In this document: piece after piece, positions 61,411 to 64,000 of the stretch
Layout: each line of letters begins with the position of its first letter
Numbering within the stretch: the first letter of the stretch is position 1
DNA from: Camelus ferus
Taxonomy: Eukaryota
Direction: 5' to 3'
DNA length: 64,000 nt
Assembly (NCBI RefSeq): GCF_009834535.1
Contig: NC_045696.1
Coordinates: 111,602,001-111,666,000, forward strand
Notes under the pieces: generated by a model
Seen by the model: the letters and a program-made list of their open reading frames with translations, nothing else
Database searches by the model: none
Told to the model about the DNA's origin: nothing
Made by a program: the position numbers and the translations under genes

Positions 61411-62129
61411 AGGTATGAGACTTTGAAATTCCACAGATCAGTAAATTTTCAAAAACATTTTGAGGGTCAATATAAGATTGTCAACCTTTTATTTTTCTAA
61501 GTGGAAGGCATTAAACATGTGCACACACAAACACACACGCACACCCCTGTCACCATTGTTTCATTAAAGAACATCTTAAACCAAAGAGTGAATAAACATA
61601 TCTTTATAAATAGCACGGTATATATCCTTACTTTTATTACATTGCCTCAGACAGGTAAGTTTCAATCAGATGGTGAAAACTTCGGCTCAGCACTGAACAT
61701 ACGAGGACTGGCACTCGGGAACCACTGCAGAAAACCAGGGAGCCTCTTCAGACAACAAAGTCCTTCTGCCTGGAATTGGATTGGATCCTAAAAGCTATCA
61801 GGGCTCATTTTGTTGACTTCTAGCCTCATACATAGATCAAGGTGTCCAGGAGAACATGGGAAAATGTAAAATTTGTGTGGAGGAGAGCATACAGAAATCT
61901 TCAAACCAACATGCCTAGGGTATTTACAACCACTTTTAAGAGCAGATAATGCTATTTGTTTGTCACTGTTCTCTATAAATTATTACTCTTCTGAAAGACA
62001 TTTCTGAATTGTAACTAAACATTTCCTGAAGTTAGGGATGAATGAAGAAGCTCCAATATCTTGCTTGGAATTAGGTATTTACATTAAATGACAAATTTTG
62101 CATAAAATTTGCACTACTTGAAAAGGCAC

Positions 62130-62300
62130 ATAATTTAGTAGGAAGAACATACGGACAGATCTGAGTTCTCCTCCTGGTTCTTTCACTCACTCACTGTGAC
62201 TTCCAGCAAACCATTAAATGTTTTCTGGCCTCACATTCTCACTAGTAAAAGGAAGGACTGAGAACATTGTTCCCCAAGCTTCCTTTCAGCTCCATTAAGC
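62130..62300 (+). mobile_element. MIR (MIRc/MIR3-like)
   Basis: gatctgagttctcctcctggttctttcactcactcactgtgac...tcctttcagctc. Confidence 0.65.
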
Positions 62301-62654
62301 TGCACTTGCTGACATCTGAGCTAAGGGCTTGTTTATGAAGGACCATTTTATTCTTATTGCTTTTACTTTTCTCTTTCCAATTATATCAGCATTTTCTGAG
62401 CTCTATACAAAAGTTGGGAAAATAGACATGAAGTATAAAGAAGAAAAAATAAATAATAATCTTATCACCTAGAAACAACAATGCTAACATTATTAGTATT
62501 TTCCAAGTACATTTTACATGACTTATAAAATTTTATATCTGTTTTCTCCTGGTATTGTATTAAGAATTTTTTCTAACATAATCAAACATTTGATTGTAAT
62601 CAAACATTTAAAATGAAACATTTAAACATAATGTTTCCTGCTGTAATCAAACAT

Positions 62655-64000
62655 TGAGTGTTCTACACACTAAGAATGAGCTATCACATAGAGAAAGTAG
62701 AGAGACAATCCTGTTTAAAATTGCATCAAAAAGAATAAAATACCTAGGAATAAACTTAACCAAGGAGGGGAGAAGCTTATATTCTGAAAACTATAAAACA
62801 TTGATGAAAATTGAAGATGATGCAAAGAAATAAAAAGATAATCTCATGCTCTTGAATTGAAAGAATTAATATTGTTTAAATGTCCATAAGTACCCAAAGC
62901 AGCCTACAGATTTAATGCAATCTCTATCAAAATACCATGACGTTTTTCACAGAACTAGAACAAATAATCCTAAAAATCATAAGGAACCACAAAGACCCCA
63001 AGTTTCCAAAGCAATATTTTGAAAAAGAACAAAACTGGAGGTATTACCAGATGTGAGACTCTACCATAAAGCTACAGTAACCAAAACAGCATGGAGCTGA
63101 CACGAAAGAAAAAACATTGATCAGTGAAACAGAATACAGAGCCCAGAAATAAATCCACATACCTAGGATCAATTAATCTACAAAAAAGGAGTCTAGAATA
63201 TACAATGAAGGAAATAGAGGCTCTTGAACAAGTGGTGCTGGGAAAACTGGGCAGCTACATGTACAAGAATGATATTAGAACATTGCCTCACATCATATAT
63301 GAAAATAAACTCAAAATGGATTAAAGACCTAAATGTAAGCCCTGAAAACATAAAACTCCTAGAAGAGAACAAAGGCAGAACACTCACTGGCATAAATCGT
63401 AGCAAAATATTTTTGGCTCTCTCTCCTAAAGCAAAAGAAATAAAAACAAAAATTAACAACTGGGACCTAATTAAACTTAAAAGCTTTTGCACAGCAAAAG
63501 AAACTGTCAACAAAATGAAAAGACAACCTATGGAATGGAATAAAATATTTCTAAAGATGTGACCAACAAGGGGTTAATATCCAAAATATACAAACTGCTC
63601 ATACAACTCAATATCAAAAAACAAACAAACAACCCAATCAAAAAGTGAGCAGAAGACCTGAATAGACATTTTTCCAAAGAAGATATACAGGTAACTAACA
63701 GGCACATGAAAAGATGTTCAACATTACTAATTATCAGAGAAATGCAAATCGAAACCACAATGAGTGATCACCTCATACTTGTCAGAACGGCTAGCATCAT
63801 AAAGCCTGCAAATAACAAATGTTGGAGAGAATATGGAGAAAAGGGAACCCTCATACACTGTTGGGTGGGAATGTAAATTGGTGCAGCCACTATGCAAAAC
63901 AATATGGAGAGTCCTGAAAATATTAAAAATATAACTACCATCTGATCCAACAATTCCACTCCTAGGTATATATCAGGAAAAAATAAATACACTAATTTGT
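62655..64000 (+). mobile_element. L1 ORF2 fragment running off the window end
   Basis: aaaatacctaggaataaacttaaccaagg (KYLGINLTK); ORF 63224..63562 [12 protein letters not shown]...[11 protein letters not shown]...[15 protein letters not shown]; frameshifted. Confidence 0.95.

Noticed and set aside
1..64000. A novel multi-gene biological system
   Set aside because: No cellular coding exons, operon-like structure or arrays were seen; the content is explained by known mammalian repeat classes plus unique non-coding DNA.

Overview
This window is mammalian, repeat-rich and apparently gene-free (intergenic or deep intronic). I could not support any cellular protein-coding exon, true tRNA/rRNA gene or CRISPR array. 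The ORF track is explained by L1 ORF1/ORF2 fragments, antisense frames of repeats, low-complexity tracts and chance ORFs. Five tRNA-Ala(AGC)-derived SINEs with A-tails (vic-1-like) and young L1 3' ends point to a camelid genome (inference). The rest is a layered retroelement record: old L1M/L2/MIR, MaLR (MLT1) and ERVL (MLT2, LTR16/LTR33-like) LTRs, two decayed ERVL internal relics (RT/RNase H/integrase; dUTPase to 3' LTR), ERV1-like solo LTRs, and DNA transposons (Tigger1, MER20, MER5A, MER104-like). I found no convincing new biological system. The most interesting signals are insertion-mechanism oddities: one target site used twice (three copies of a 14-15 bp TSD), a tail-less inverted ORF2/ORF1 L1 chimera, a polyadenylated LTR retrocopy, a likely internally primed L1 and a short 3' transduction. 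Also notable are a perfect 75-bp tandem duplication and a few candidate regulatory motif clusters. Repeat family names come from my recall of consensus sequences and need RepeatMasker/Dfam confirmation. Boundaries of old repeats are approximate.
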